Below are positions 13,837-26,000 of a stretch of DNA of 64,000 nucleotides, one piece after another. The notes beneath the pieces are model-generated. The model ran no database searches, was not told the origin of the DNA, and was given only the letters and a program-made list of their open reading frames with translations. Both the position numbers and the translations under genes were made by a program. The stretch is from Squalus acanthias (taxonomy: Eukaryota). Each line of letters opens with the position of its first letter. The first letter of the stretch is position 1. Location: the NCBI GenBank assembly GCA_030390025.1, contig CM059425.1, positions 171,990,001-172,054,000 on the forward strand, in the 5' to 3' direction.

Positions 13837-14273
13837 GTGAGGCATTGAACCAACATCCTCTCACTCCAAACTACTGAGTATTTCCATTTTAATGCTTCTC
13901 ATCACCACACTAAACGTTTCCCTAATTTTATTTTTGGTATCATAAAAGTATCATCCCTGTGCTTTTTATTTTCTTATTAAAAAGGCTGCAACTGTTACAG
14001 GCAGACTTTTACAGCCGGAGTACTGCATCTAAAAACTGTCTGGAAAATACAATGAAAAATTGAGAATTACTACTGTTTCAAAATGAGGACCCCCCATCAC
14101 TAGAACACAAAAAATGTCAAGAATGAGAACCCACAGCATTCAGCCCTTGAAACCCATTCAAGTAATACCCTAATACAATAGCAAAATACTGCGGATGCTG
14201 GAAATCCGAAATAACAACAGAAAACGCTGGAAAAACTCAGCAGGCCAGGCAGCATCCGTGGAGAGAGAAAGAG

Positions 14274-14310
14274 AGTTGACGTTTCAGGTCGATGACCTTT
14301 CATCAGAACT
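14274..14310 (-). ncRNA. Minimal type I hammerhead ribozyme (left arm of fold-back PLE A)
   Basis: Exact reverse complement of 15432-15468. Confidence 0.8.
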
Positions 14311-14592
14311 GGGAAGAGCTGGAAATCAAATAGATTTAAGGCCAGGGTAAAGCTGGGAAAAGGGGGAGGGGATAAAGGAACAAAGGAGGAGATGAAGAGA
14401 CATTAAGAGACATTAAGAGATATGCAAGGCTAGAGGTGGTGTTAATGTGACAGATTAAGGCTGAATGAAGTGTGAAATCCACTGGCAGAATGAAGGACAG
14501 CTGCCAGCTTCTAGGAGGAAAAAAAAAAAAAAGGTGGGGGGGACAAATAAAAGGGTGGATAAAATAAAATATAAATGTGATTGGAGCTGAGG

Positions 14593-14870
14593 TTATGATC
14601 TAAAATTGTTGAACTCGATATTGAGTCCAGAGGGCTGTAGCGTGCCTAAACGAAAGATGAGGTGCTGTTCCTCGAGCTTACGCTGAGCTTCCGTGGAACA
14701 GTGTAATAGGCCGAGGACGGTGAGGTCAGAGTGGGAGTGAAGCGGTGAATTAAAGTGACAGGCCACCGGGAGCTCGGGGTCCCCCTTACGGACTGAACGG
14801 AGGTGTTCCGCAAAGCGGTCACCCAATCTGCGTTTGGTCTCCCCAATGTAGAGGAGTCCACATCGTGAGC
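14593..14870 (-). pseudogene. PLE GIY-YIG endonuclease C-terminal fragment (mirror copy)
   Basis: SRCGLLYIGETKRRLGDRFAEH...RKLEEQHLIFRLGTLQPSGLN. Confidence 0.9.
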
Positions 14871-15149
14871 TGCTCACGATGTGGACTCCTCTACATTGGG
14901 GAGACCAAACGCAGATTGGGTGACCGCTTTGCGGAACACCTCCGTTCAGTCCGTAAGGGGGACCCCGAGCTCCCGGTGGCCTGTCACTTTAATTCACCGC
15001 TTCACTCCCACTCTGACCTCACCGTCCTCGGCCTATTACACTGTTCCACGGAAGCTCAGCGTAAGCTCGAGGAACAGCACCTCATCTTTCGTTTAGGCAC
15101 GCTACAGCCCTCTGGACTCAATATCGAGTTCAACAATTTTAGATCATAA
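14871..15149 (+). pseudogene. PLE GIY-YIG endonuclease C-terminal fragment
   Basis: CSRCGLLYIGETKRRLGDRFAEH...GLNIEF; lacks the N-terminal GIY half and the RT. Confidence 0.9.
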
Positions 15150-15431
15150 CCTCAGCTCCAATCACATTTATATTTTATTTTATCCACCCTTTTATTTGTC
15201 CCCCCCACCTTTTTTTTTTTTTTCCTCCTAGAAGCTGGCAGCTGTCCTTCATTCTGCCAGTGGATTTCACACTTCATTCAGCCTTAATCTGTCACATTAA
15301 CACCACCTCTAGCCTTGCATATCTCTTAATGTCTCTTAATGTCTCTTCATCTCCTCCTTTGTTCCTTTATCCCCTCCCCCTTTTCCCAGCTTTACCCTGG
15401 CCTTAAATCTATTTGATTTCCAGCTCTTCCC

Positions 15432-15468
15432 AGTTCTGATGAAAGGTCATCGACCTGAAACGTCAACT
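15432..15468 (+). ncRNA. Minimal type I hammerhead ribozyme (right arm of fold-back PLE A)
   Basis: Stem I AGTT/AACT; core CTGATGA(A); stem II AGGTC-ATC-GACCT; GAAA; palindromic helix III ACGT; GUC cleavage triplet. Confidence 0.85.
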
Positions 15469-15789
15469 CTCTCTCTCCACGGATGCTGCCTGGCCTGCTG
15501 AGTTTTTCCAGCGTTTTCTGTTGTTATTTCAAGTAATACCCTATCTCTGCCATTTTAGCATTCAGCTGCTAATAATCATCTTCTCATAATCCTTGTTTTG
15601 TACCTAGAGGCATAAAATGCAATAAATTCATAAATACTTTTAAAAGGGAAATAGTTGCTCGAAAAAGAGGAATATTAGAGGGTATGGGGAGCAGCACGAA
15701 TAGTGGGGGTTATATTAGGTGGCTCATGGAGAAAGATAATAACAAAGACTTAATGGGCTGAATGCCCTGTTTCTATTATTCTAAGATAC

Positions 15790-16100
15790 CCTGCCTGACA
15801 ATTATCTCCTCTTCTCCCCTGAAGGCGCAACAGTTTCACAGATGCCAACAGTTCTCTGGTATCTTGCTGCAGTAATCATTCTTTATGTGTGAGCAGGGAG
15901 AGTAAGTTTGGGGAGGTATTTTACCATTGAAGGCATTACAACCTATGCTCATCTGTTATCACACATATGTATGTTCCATTAATGGTCATTTAATTTCCCA
16001 CTCCCTTTCCTTAGCCCGGGCACATTGATGCCATTTGTCATGTTCTTAGCACTGTCCTAAGTGAGAGTAGCTAACTCAGCACAAACTGGGGATCGAGGGC
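15790..16100 (-). mobile_element. Degenerate tRNA-derived SINE-like relic
   Basis: AGCTAACTCAGCACAAACTGGGGATCGA reads in reverse as B-box-adjacent TCGATCCCC..GTGCTGAGTTAGCT. Confidence 0.35.
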
Positions 16101-16109
16101 AATGTACTC

Positions 16110-18395
16110 TTGAAATGTAGATTATATACTCGAAATGGAGAGCGAAGAAATTGACTCAGAGACTCAGGTCCTGAATTTAAACAAGGGGAATTATGATGCC
16201 ATTAGACGGGAACTGAGTAGGTCTGATTGGACAACGTTCCTGGGAGGACTGGAGGTAGATAAACAATGGCAAGCATTTAAAGATAGAATGACAAAATTGC
16301 AAAAATTGTTTATACCAATCTGGCATAAAAGGAAATCTAAAAAGGTGACTCAACCGTGGATAACAGGGGAAATTAGAGACAGCATAAAATCCAAAGATAG
16401 GGCGTATAAAATAGCCAAAAAACGCGCCAGAGCGGAAGATTGGGAACAGTTTAAGATAGAGCAAAGGAGGGCAAAGGGCTTAATCAAGAAGGGCAAAATA
16501 GCTTACGAAAGCAAGCTGGCGGAAAATATAAAAACTAACTCCAAAAGCTTTTATAAGTATATCAAGAGGAAAAGACTGGTGAAAACCAAAGTTGGTCCAT
16601 TGCAGTCAGATACGGGGGAATATATAATGGGAAATAAGGAAATGGCAGACCAACTAAATGCATACTTTGGGTCAGTCTTTACGAAGGAAGACACAAAAAA
16701 CCTCCCTGGGATATCGGGAAAAATAGGGACATTGGCAAAGGAGGAACTGACGCAAATCAATATCTCTAAGGATATGGTGTTAAGGAAGCTAAAGGGATTG
16801 AAGGCGGACAAATCCCCAGGGCCTGATAACATGCATCCTAGGGTACTGAAGGAGGTGGCCCTAGAGATAGCGGATGCACTAAGCATGATTTTTCAGAATT
16901 CATTAGACTCGGGAACAGTGCCCATGGATTGGAGGGTAGCTAACGTTACCCCACTATTCAAAAAGGGGGGTAGGGAAAAAGCAGGTAATTACAGACCTGT
17001 AAGCCTTACATCAGTTGTGGGCAAAATGCTGGAGTCCATCATTAAGGATGAAATAGCCGAGCACTTAGCAAATGGGGACAGGATAGGACAGAGTCAACAT
17101 GGATTTACAAAGGGTAAATCGTGCTTGACTAATCTATTGGAATTTTTTGAGGGAGTAACGGGTAAAATAGATGGGGGAGAGCCAGTAGATGTGGTGTACC
17201 TGGACTTCCAAAAGGCCTTCGATAAGGTCCCACATAAAAGATTAGCATGGAAAATTGAAGCTCATGGGATAAAGGGGAAAGTATTGACGTGGATAGAGAA
17301 CTGGCTGTCAGATAGAAAACAGAGAGTTGGAATAAACGGCTCATTTTCTGAATGGCAGGCAGTAACAAGTGGGGTACCACAGGGATCTGTCCTGGGTCCC
17401 CAGCTGTTCACAATTTATATTAATGACCTGGATCAGGGAGTCGAATGCAGCATTTCCAAATTTGCAGACGACACTAAACTAGGAGGGGGGGTGGGCTCAG
17501 AGGAGGAGACCAGGAAGCTCCAGAGCGATTTGGACAGACTGGGTGATTGGGCGGATAAATGGCAGATGCACTATAATGTGGACAAGTGCGAAGTTATCCA
17601 CCTTGGGTGCAGGAACGGGAGGGCAAATTATTATTTAAATGGCAATAAATTGGGAGAGGGGGAAGTACAGAGAGACCTGGGTGTTCTTGTACACCAGTCA
17701 CTGAAGGCGAGCATGCAGGTGCAACAGGCGGTCAAGAAGGCAAATGGTATGCTGGCCTTCATAGCAAAAGGGTTGGAATACAGGAACAGGGATACCTTGC
17801 TGCAGCTGTACAGGGCACTGGTGAGACCACACCTCGAGTACTGTGTACAGTTTTGGTCGCCTCATCTGAGGAAAGATGTTCTTGCCATGGAGGGGGTGCA
17901 GCGGCGATTCACCAGGCTGATACCAGGAATGGCGGGATTGACCTATGAGGAGAGACTATGTAGTTTAGGGATGTACACACTGGAGTTTAGAAGATTGAGA
18001 GGGGACCTCATAGAAGTGTATAAAATTCTGACAGGTCTAGACAGATTAGATGCAGAAGGAATGTTTCCCTTGGCGGGTGAGAACAGAACTAGAGGACATA
18101 ATTTAAGGATAAGGGCTAAACCATTTAGGACAGAAATGAGGGGGAATTTCTTCACTCAGAGAGTGGTGAACCTGTGGAACTCATTGCCACAGAGGGCAGT
18201 GTACGCCAGCTCATTAAATATATTTAAGAGGGAATTAGATATATTTCTACAGGCAAAAGGGGTTAAGGGTTACGGAGAGAAGGCGGGGACGGGATACTGA
18301 ATTGAAGGATCAGCCATGATCTCATTAAATGGCGGAGCAGGCTCGAAGGGCCGGATGGCCTACTCCTGCTCCTATCTTCTATGTATCTATGTATA
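16110..18395 (+). mobile_element. Young 5'-truncated CR1 LINE
   Basis: Uninterrupted ORF2 C-terminal portion plus complete 3' UTR and (TATCTATG)-like terminal repeat. Confidence 0.95.
16135..18300 (+). CDS. CR1 ORF2 reverse transcriptase, 721-aa open frame lacking APE
   Basis: All RT motifs are intact (YLDFQKAFD, PQGSVLGP, FADD) through the native C-terminus (..KGYGEKAGTGY). Confidence 0.9.
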   Translation: MESEEIDSETQVLNLNKGNYDAIRRELSRSDWTTFLGGLEVDKQWQAFKDRMTKLQKLFIPIWHKRKSKKVTQPWITGEIRDSIKSKDRAYKIAKKRARAEDWEQFKIEQRRAKGLIKKGKIAYESKLAENIKTNSKSFYKYIKRKRLVKTKVGPLQSDTGEYIMGNKEMADQLNAYFGSVFTKEDTKNLPGISGKIGTLAKEELTQINISKDMVLRKLKGLKADKSPGPDNMHPRVLKEVALEIADALSMIFQNSLDSGTVPMDWRVANVTPLFKKGGREKAGNYRPVSLTSVVGKMLESIIKDEIAEHLANGDRIGQSQHGFTKGKSCLTNLLEFFEGVTGKIDGGEPVDVVYLDFQKAFDKVPHKRLAWKIEAHGIKGKVLTWIENWLSDRKQRVGINGSFSEWQAVTSGVPQGSVLGPQLFTIYINDLDQGVECSISKFADDTKLGGGVGSEEETRKLQSDLDRLGDWADKWQMHYNVDKCEVIHLGCRNGRANYYLNGNKLGEGEVQRDLGVLVHQSLKASMQVQQAVKKANGMLAFIAKGLEYRNRDTLLQLYRALVRPHLEYCVQFWSPHLRKDVLAMEGVQRRFTRLIPGMAGLTYEERLCSLGMYTLEFRRLRGDLIEVYKILTGLDRLDAEGMFPLAGENRTRGHNLRIRAKPFRTEMRGNFFTQRVVNLWNSLPQRAVYASSLNIFKRELDIFLQAKGVKGYGEKAGTGY

Positions 18396-19174
18396 TCCCA
18401 CAACTCCTCATTATGTATCTTTTATAAATAAATTCTATGGAAAGCCTCCATCACATGAATGGAACTTTATTTGTGGGGATTCACCAGCTCAACTCAGTAC
18501 CAGTAAATATAATTTCATAATTGCAAGTTCTTTCATTCTTTCTAGATCCACTTGTCAGCCATGAGGTTATGTGGGCTAAAGAATACATAGAATTAATTGT
18601 ACATATACATACACGCTGGAAATGTATACAACAGTTATTATTGTAATTTACTTCAAGATAAGCACTGTAAAAATGTTGAAATATACTGCTGAGGAATAAG
18701 TTGCCTACAGACTGCTACTGCTGCTGATTATTCATCAGCCAAATAACAAGCAAACATGTGACTGAGACGAAAGAGATACGATAAGTAGTTACAATATAAG
18801 CATGTTTTCTCTAATTTTTCATATTTTATGTATTTTTTTTGTTCTGTTTGTCCTTCATCTTTGGTCTGCCTAACTAGTGGGATATAGTGGTTTGTGCTCC
18901 CAAGTTCAGTGTTATGAATTAGCACAAGGGAGTAACAAAGGTATTGATTGGAAGGTACAACCCACATTCATTCTCTTTATTGATACAAGATCAATGGCTA
19001 GGGGTTCTGGTGAATGACAATATCAGACAGGAGACAGTTATTCGGGACCATACTAATACAGATTGAATGGTACTTTGAGCTTTCTTGCCTTTTTCAATGA
19101 CTTCAAAATCCCAGGGCAATTTAAGCTTCAAGCATATAAGATATTTTTTGAAATAATTATTCTTCATGCTTCAG

Positions 19175-19243
19175 AACTCCTGGCCGTGCAACGGAGGGGC
19201 TTGCTGTAGTCAAATTTGAGATCCAGGACCAAGCTGTGAGAAG
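19175..19243 (+). CDS. Candidate 69-nt symmetric phase-2 exon (TPGRATEGLAVVKFEIQDQAVR)
   Basis: Acceptor TTATTCTTCATGCTTCAG, donor AAG|GTAAAT; GC-richer than flanks; only the phase-2 frame is open. Confidence 0.45.
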
Positions 19244-19384
19244 GTAAATGGTTCCAGCCAATAGCTTGGAGGGGTAGTTATGCTCACAGTGGCTATGCCT
19301 CTTTGCTGAAGCCCCTCACGTAAAGATTAAGAAGTTGTTGATGACTAAGCCAGGTACAAGTCACTTAGCTGTTCAGAATATAAG

Positions 19385-19700
19385 ACAAAGAAAGAAAGAC
19401 TTACATTCATATAGCACCTTTCACAACCACCGGATGTCTCAAAGCGCTTTACAGCCAATTAAGTACTTTTTTGGAGTGTAGTCACTGTTGTAATGTGGGA
19501 AACGCGGCAGCCAATTTGCGCACAGCAAGCTCCCACAAACAGCAATGACCAGATAATCTGTTTTTGTTCTGTTGATTGAGGGATAAATAGTGGCCAGGAC
19601 ACTGGGGATAACTCCCCTGCTCTTCTTCGAAATAGCCATGAGATCTTTTACGTCCACCTGAAAGAGCAGACAGGGCCTCGGTTTAACGTCTCATCCAAAA
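19385..19700 (-). mobile_element. Deu-domain SINE (SacSINE1/AmnSINE1-like), partial
   Basis: Reverse strand contains a Deu-like core (GGATGAGACGTTAAACCGAGGCCCTGTCTGCTCT..GGTGGACGTAAAAGATC) and an L2-like 3' tail (GTGAAAGGTGCTATATGAATGTAAGTC); recognised from memory. Confidence 0.7.
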
Positions 19701-20309
19701 GGGCAAGCGTTTCCGCTTTGGGCGTAATCGGCAATAAGGGCACAAATTGCACTCTCAATTGCGCAGTTTTATTAATACAGTTGAAAGTGGGTTCATAGAA
19801 TCAAAGAATGGTTACAGCACAGAAGGAGGCCATTCGGCCCGTTGAGTTCACAAAAAATTGGCAATTTTAATCAGAATGTCTGGTCCACTACCTGTGAGTA
19901 ACCCGATTTCAAATAACTGAAAATGACTTTAAAAAGAACTATACAGACCATTTATTAGTTACAGTGGTCAGTTTCTGAGTAAAAAAAAATTTAAATTTAA
20001 AACGTGCCTATTAGTGTTCTTGTGCCTAAAAAAACCTTAATTTTAAGAGCCTCGTCGAAGGGCCACAAACAAGCGATTAGCGGAAACTCACCATGGTGAT
20101 TAATTCATCCTGGGGGCATGGCCAGTTTTGTGGGCAGGGCTGGCTTCCAGCCGATGTTTTTAAACAAGCGCAAAATATCGCAGAAACTCGATTTGCGCTG
20201 AACATAATTTGTGCTTAAAATTCCTCGATATTTTGTGCTGGTTTGGCCGATTTCAGGCTAAATGCACTGAAAAGACCAGCCCAACCTTGCATAAACTACA
20301 GGCCAGGAT

Positions 20310-22600
20310 AATTACAGATTAAGAAAGCCATTTAGCCCAACTTAATTCATCCATCCAGAAGCACTCTCCAGACCCCCAATGCAGGATCCAATTGTCTAAT
20401 TAAATGATCTCAGGATTTTCACCTCCACTACTCCATCTGGGAATCTGTTGATCATTCTTTTTGTGAAGACAAATTTCCTGATATAAGTTCTAAATTTGCC
20501 TTTTACTTGCTTGAACCTGCAGCCCCTTGTCCTACTTTTACAATTTACTTCAATATTATGGATTTACCTTTTCCTGCCCCTAACTATTTTATATACCTTC
20601 ATAAGGGTACTTCTCAGATCTCTCCTTTCCAGGCTGAAAAATATAAGTTTCTCCAGTCTTTCCTCAGAACTCAGATTTCTAACACGAGGGATCAGCCTCT
20701 CAGCTCTTCTCTGCACTGTGTATATTATTTGAAGGTCTCCCTTGTGTCCTCCTAAGCAGAACTGGATGCAGTAATTCAAGGTGTGGTCTGACCAGAGCAC
20801 TATACAGTTTGGCTAGTATTTTACTGTTTTGGCTTATTAGTTCAACATTCTACTTTTTTGACTCTGTCTTTTTTGATTGCTGCTCTACATTTGTTGGACA
20901 TGTTGAGCGTTGAGTCTACTAAGACACCTAGGTCTTCTTAAGTTTCATTCTTTGCTATTTCAACACCATTCATAGCATAAGTATATTGCTTATTTTAACG
21001 ACCTACGTGCAGTACTTTTCATCTGCCTGCATTAAATTTCATCTACTATTGTTCTGCCCACATACTTATTTTGTCTAATTCATTCTGTAATTTCTGAGCT
21101 GCTTCCTCTGATTCCACTGCCCCTCTCAGTTTGGTAACATCAGCAAATTTGACCACTTTGCATTGAGTTTCTGAGTCCAGATCATTTATGTAAATGAGAA
21201 ACATTAGTTGCCCCAACTCTATACCCTGGAGTACCCCACTCAGTACTCCCCCTTCTCCACCCCAACATAATTCCGCTCATGAGTACTTGTCGTTTCCTAC
21301 CCTTCAGCCAGTTTTGTATCCATTCCCAGGGTTTACCCTGAATCTCTACAGCTTTGAGTTGACAAATAACATTTCATATGGAACTTTGCCAAATCTTTTT
21401 GAGAAGTCTAATGCACTCATAGGGCTTTTCACAATCCACTCGGGATGTCACTTCCTCAAAGAAGTTGAGGAGGTTGGTTAGGCAAGATCTTCCCCATCTG
21501 AATCCATGTTGACTACATTTTACAATATTATTATTGTTCAGATACTCATTTGTGTTTGATAATCAATTATATTATTTTACACAGAATGTAAGTGAAACTA
21601 AGGAATCTGTAGTAGCCTGTCTGTTTTATCATCTTCTTTGAATATGGGTACCACATTTGCCTGTTTATAAACTATTGGTACCTCTCAATGTTTAGTGAGC
21701 CCTTCATAATTGTTGCCAGTGCCTCACAAATCGCCCTAGTCTTTCTCAGTGCTCTGAGATAACAGTCATCGATCCCTGGTGATTTATTTGTTTTGAATCC
21801 TTTTTGCCTGCCTTTATAACAGTCATTGATTTTACTTTGATAATCTTGTTCGGGGAGGTATGTGGATCAGTCTTGTTTTGTGAATACTTGAAGGAAGTAA
21901 TCATTCAGAATATAAACTCGCTTCTGCTCATCCTCAGTTTTGATTCTATTTGCACCTTTTATGATTTCCCCTTCTCTAACTGTTGGAGCACTAAAATCAT
22001 TTTTTATTGCTCGGTTGAGCCTCTGCGACTACACTTCTTTCTAAATCTCTCTTTTTCTCCTCTGATCGCCCTTTTAATGTGTTTCTTCATTTTCTTATAT
22101 TCATCCTAATTAATTCCTTTCCCTTTCTCTCTGCAACATTTGCCATTTGTCCTATTTATATTACTTCTAATTTGTTTGTTAATCCATTTTTGGTCACATT
22201 TGTTTAGTCTGAGCTTGTTGATTTTCAGCATATATTTATCCTACATTTTCAGCATTATGCCTTTAAATACATTCCACTTATCCTCAATTGAATTGTTGAA
22301 CAACCTCCCTAAATCTATTTACTTTAAGTTGTTCCCTCATTTCAGTGAATTTATTTCTTTTACAATTATATACCTGGATCTTGGTCTTAGGTATTTCTGA
22401 CTCCCAGATCATGTTAGACTTGATCATTTTGTGTCACTGTCCCCCTCAATGCTACACTTCCATGTGTTATACATTATGTGGGTCATTTACGATCAAAGTG
22501 GCTGATATGTTGCAAGCGGTCTTTGCAGATCCTTCAACTACTCTGAACCAGACGTTCATTGCATAGCTGATAAGAAAACTCTGATACTTGGGACTGCTGG
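20310..22600 (-). mobile_element. Old, highly degenerate CR1 LINE
   Basis: Reverse-strand peptide LNYCIQF...VQRRAERLIPRVRNLSSEERLEKL..FSLERR (20564-20800) and other RT remnants. Confidence 0.8.
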
Positions 22601-24329
22601 AAAGTATTACCTGAACGTCAGGTATGAGAAGAAGCACAAATATATCCGGGGTTTGATGCCTACCTGGTTGAATTGCAGGGAGGCACACAGATGCTGCTGA
22701 AGCATTCAAAAGCTGGATAAGTTCCTGCAAGTGGAAGACCTCTCATGTTACAGAAAGTTTGTGGGGATTCCGGTGTCAGTCATTGTAGACTCCTGGACCT
22801 TGATTGATCACCTACAGGGGTCAGAGAGGAAATCTCCAGAGCTTTTCTTCCTAAATTTGCCCAAGTGTTTTTCTCTTATTTTTTTGCCTCTCCCAGGAAA
22901 TTGCATGTCTGCGGGGAAGCGGGGAGGGTTGGATGGGTTTAATGGTGTGAACAATTTGTACCATGTAGGATAGAACAAGCTTCATAGATCAGCTGTTTTT
23001 TTCCTGTACTTTTTCATATGTTCATAATTTAAGCCCTACTGGTGGAACCACCAATTGATGGAACCACATTTCTTGATCCTGCTGCCCACCTAAAAAAGAC
23101 CCAAGCCTGCATTTGTCAGTTATCTAATAATCAACTAGTGACTAATTTCTTTGGAATGAGGGGTTGTCTTTAGGGTCAAGATGGCTCCAGGGCGACATGC
23201 TTTGCAATGAAAGAAACTAAATCAACCGTCTGTGACAAACTTTGCAATCTGATACCGGAGAAAGGCATGTTCACAGTACTCCAAAGTATTGTACATAACT
23301 GATCAGTCAGGCTGCATTGCTAATGCAACCTACAGGGGTTTTCCTGTCACTGGTTACTGGAATTCTTCCCACTTTGTTCCAGATAACCCTGCAGGCCAGT
23401 TCCCTATTGGGTGTGGTGGTTCTGGCTAGAAAAATAGCTCTGAGCCGTTTTAGTTGGTTAAATTCAAGCAGTTTCCCAACATATATTTGTGGGTCCCTTG
23501 GTCTTGGCTCTCCCAACCTATATCTAAGCTCTCTGGACTATTGCAGGTGGGGTGTCCATGGAAAAAATACGCTGTATATTAGACAAACAGAAGTGCTACC
23601 TTTGTGGATTTCTTGGCACCTTGATTTGGAGACCCTTCAACATGGTGATGGGTTTCATGTGCCAGATACCTAGCTAACCAAAAAAAAACCAGCCTCCGAC
23701 AGCACACTTTTTTGAACATTAATTCACAGCTCGACTAAGTGATGACACATGGCTTTACACCCATAAGTCCTCACAGCTGATTTCCCAATCTCAGCCACAT
23801 TGCACCAGGAAAACACAGAGTGGAGGCCAGACACTTCCTGATCCTGCTAGAGAAAGAAGGGCAAATCAGAAGAAGAGTCAACCCTAAACCACTCTACCAC
23901 ACTTTATAGAAGCCAATTCAGACTGGCATAAACTACATGGTGTCTTTGGAGCTGTGCTAGTGCCACAACTGAGAAGAGTATGAAATTGGGAGGTTTAACT
24001 TCCAATTTAAAAACAAATCAGTAGAACTGTAAAAGGTTTTTTTAAATCACTCATAACATTGTGGAATTGTTAGTCAAGTATGTTATATGACTAACCTTCA
24101 TGTGACCAATTAAGGTCTTGTGTGTACCAGTTAAGTCAAATCTCTATTTAAATTTCACTTATGAGGAGGACATCATAACTCAACAGTGAAATAGATTTAA
24201 TTCAGACTCATTATAATCCTGTAAGTATATTTTAGCTTTAAATATTTGTTTAAAATCACTCCATCACAATCATGTCTCACCTTGATCATCTTTTCTTCAA
24301 TGTAATAATCCAAACTTCTTAAATGTTTC

Positions 24330-24445
24330 TTCAGTGAGGAGGATAGTGATAGACTTCAAGAGGACATAGACAGGCTGGTGCAATGGGCGGACACATGGTA
24401 GATGAAATTTAACGCAGAAAAGTGCGAAGTGATACATTTTGGTAT
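24330..24445 (+). mobile_element. Small CR1 RT fragment
   Basis: Encodes RLQEDIDRLVQWADTW*MKFNAEKCEVIHFG. Confidence 0.75.
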
Positions 24446-24454
24446 TTTTTAAAA

Positions 24455-24941
24455 TTTGCTTGTGCGATCTGGGCGTCGCTGGCAAGGCCAGCATTTATTG
24501 CCCATCCCCAGTTGCCCTTGAGAAGGTGCTGGTGAGCCGCCTTCTTGAACCGCTGCAGTCCGTGTGGTGAAGGTACTCCCACAGTGCTGTTAGGTACGGA
24601 GTTCCAGGATTTTGACCCAGCGACGATGAAGGATAGGCGATATACTTCTAAGTCAGGATGGTGTGTGACTTGGAGGGGAACTTGGAGGTGATGGTGTTCC
24701 CATGCGCCTCCTGCCCTTGTCCTTCCAGGTGGAAGAGGTTGCGGGTTTGGGAGGTGCTGCCAAAGAAGCCTTGGCGAGTTGCTGCAGTGCATCTTGTAGA
24801 TGGTAGACACTGCAGCCACGGCACGCCGGTGGTGGAGAGAGTGAATGTTTAAGGTGGTGGATGGGGTGCCAATCAAACGGGCTGCTTTGTCCTGGATGGT
24901 GCCGAGCTTCTTGAGTGTTGTTGCAGCTGCACTCATCCAGG
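24455..24941 (-). mobile_element. 3' end of a family-B LINE, interrupted by the ERV
   Basis: ORF 24409-24936 matches 6312-6737; same 3' tail. Confidence 0.85.
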
Positions 24942-25511
24942 TGTAAGAGTAAAAAAATTTTATTGTAATAATGTAAGGGCAAATCAGTTGTAATGTTTAA
25001 GATTAGTTGAACTGCTTAAAGGACTATAGTAAAGGTCAAAGTATCTCCCGAAGGCATGGAGACAGGGGTATAATTAGATAAAGACCAACTTGCTAAGGCT
25101 GCAGTATTGTAATGCAGACACCGCAGAACAAAAATGTGAATCATTGTTTTTCTATAAACTAACCTCGAATAGGTGTAAGAATGAAACCAATGCAGCACAG
25201 ATGGCTGATAAAAGCAGAAGTAAAAGAATAAGTTTCGCTAACAGTGTAAATTCTGATCAAGTTGTTTTTAGACAACCTAAGGGTCACTCATGATGTAACC
25301 CTAACCCTGACTGTGCTGATGTTTGTATTTTTTGGCTTTTGGAAGTGTATAAAGAAGCGTGGCTGCCATTGTTGAGTTGAGAAGTGGGTCATGAGACCGC
25401 AGGCTGTGACGCTTCTCCCAGAGCGCTCTGAATTCTCCCGGAGCGCTCTGAATAATAAACTGTGATCTTTTGCTTTACGACAGACTCGAGTGAATTAATT
25501 TTTCACCAACA
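24942..25511 (+). repeat. ERV 5' LTR (570 bp)
   Basis: TG...CA ends, TATAAA at about 25348, AATAAA at about 25454; matches 32559-32990. Confidence 0.92.
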
Positions 25512-25513
25512 AT

Positions 25514-25531
25514 TGGCGTAGTCGGCAGGAT
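25514..25531 (+). promoter_or_regulatory. Primer-binding site, tRNA-Ser
   Basis: TGGCGTAGTCGGCAGGAT is the reverse complement of the vertebrate tRNA-Ser 3' end (ATCCTGCCGACTACG-CCA), 2 nt after the LTR. Confidence 0.9.
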
Positions 25532-26000
25532 GCTCTGGGACTGAAAGACCGCCCGTACCAGTGAAGCCGGACGAGAAGTCAAATTTTGACCGTCCAGAAA
25601 TTGAATCGCTTGGGACGGCGGAGAGGCAGTTCCATAGCATCACGAATCAAGTGAAAGTCTGTTAGAGGTAAGAGAACACAGTTGTGTGAGTGTGGATCGC
25701 GTGTACTAAGGGAACACTAGCAATAAATGTCGCGAAGGTATGAGTAATTGACTGATTGACACGGACAAGGAGGGCGCCTGTCTCACACACCTACCCTGAG
25801 CCGGAATTAAGAGGGCGATTGGGCCCCACGTAATGGCCAGGATCAAGTAGGCGTAGAGAACCAAGCACCCTGGGATCGTGAAGTCAATTAATATATGTGT
25901 GTGTGTGCTGTGACTACGTAACCGCTTAAAGTCTTTTAAGGTATCAAGAACTAACCCGGGTGGAGGAACTCAGCATTTGATAAGACTGTAAGTTGGACTA

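Larger units (their letters stand above)
14173..15530. mobile_element. Fold-back (palindromic) Penelope-like element, family A
   Basis: Arms 14208-14870 and 14872-15530 are reverse complements (1-nt spacer at 14871; only a 4-nt microsatellite indel seen). Extra ~35-nt tail on the left arm. 16-bp TSD TTCAAGTAATACCCTA at 14157-14172 and 15528-15543. Confidence 0.95.

Noticed and set aside
19700..20285. Possible DNA-transposon relic (CpG-containing segment)
   Set aside because: Terminal inverted repeats too weak to define.
23100..23960. Possible DIRS/tyrosine-recombinase relic, including ORF 23317-23673
   Set aside because: Only faint similarity by eye; no diagnostic motif could be confirmed.
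25090..25293. 67-aa ORF duplicated at 32707-32910
   Set aside because: Duplicated only because it lies in both LTRs; non-ATG start and no recognisable motif.
25296..25310. Telomere-like TAACCCTAACCCT in both ERV LTRs
   Set aside because: Only two units; compatible with chance.
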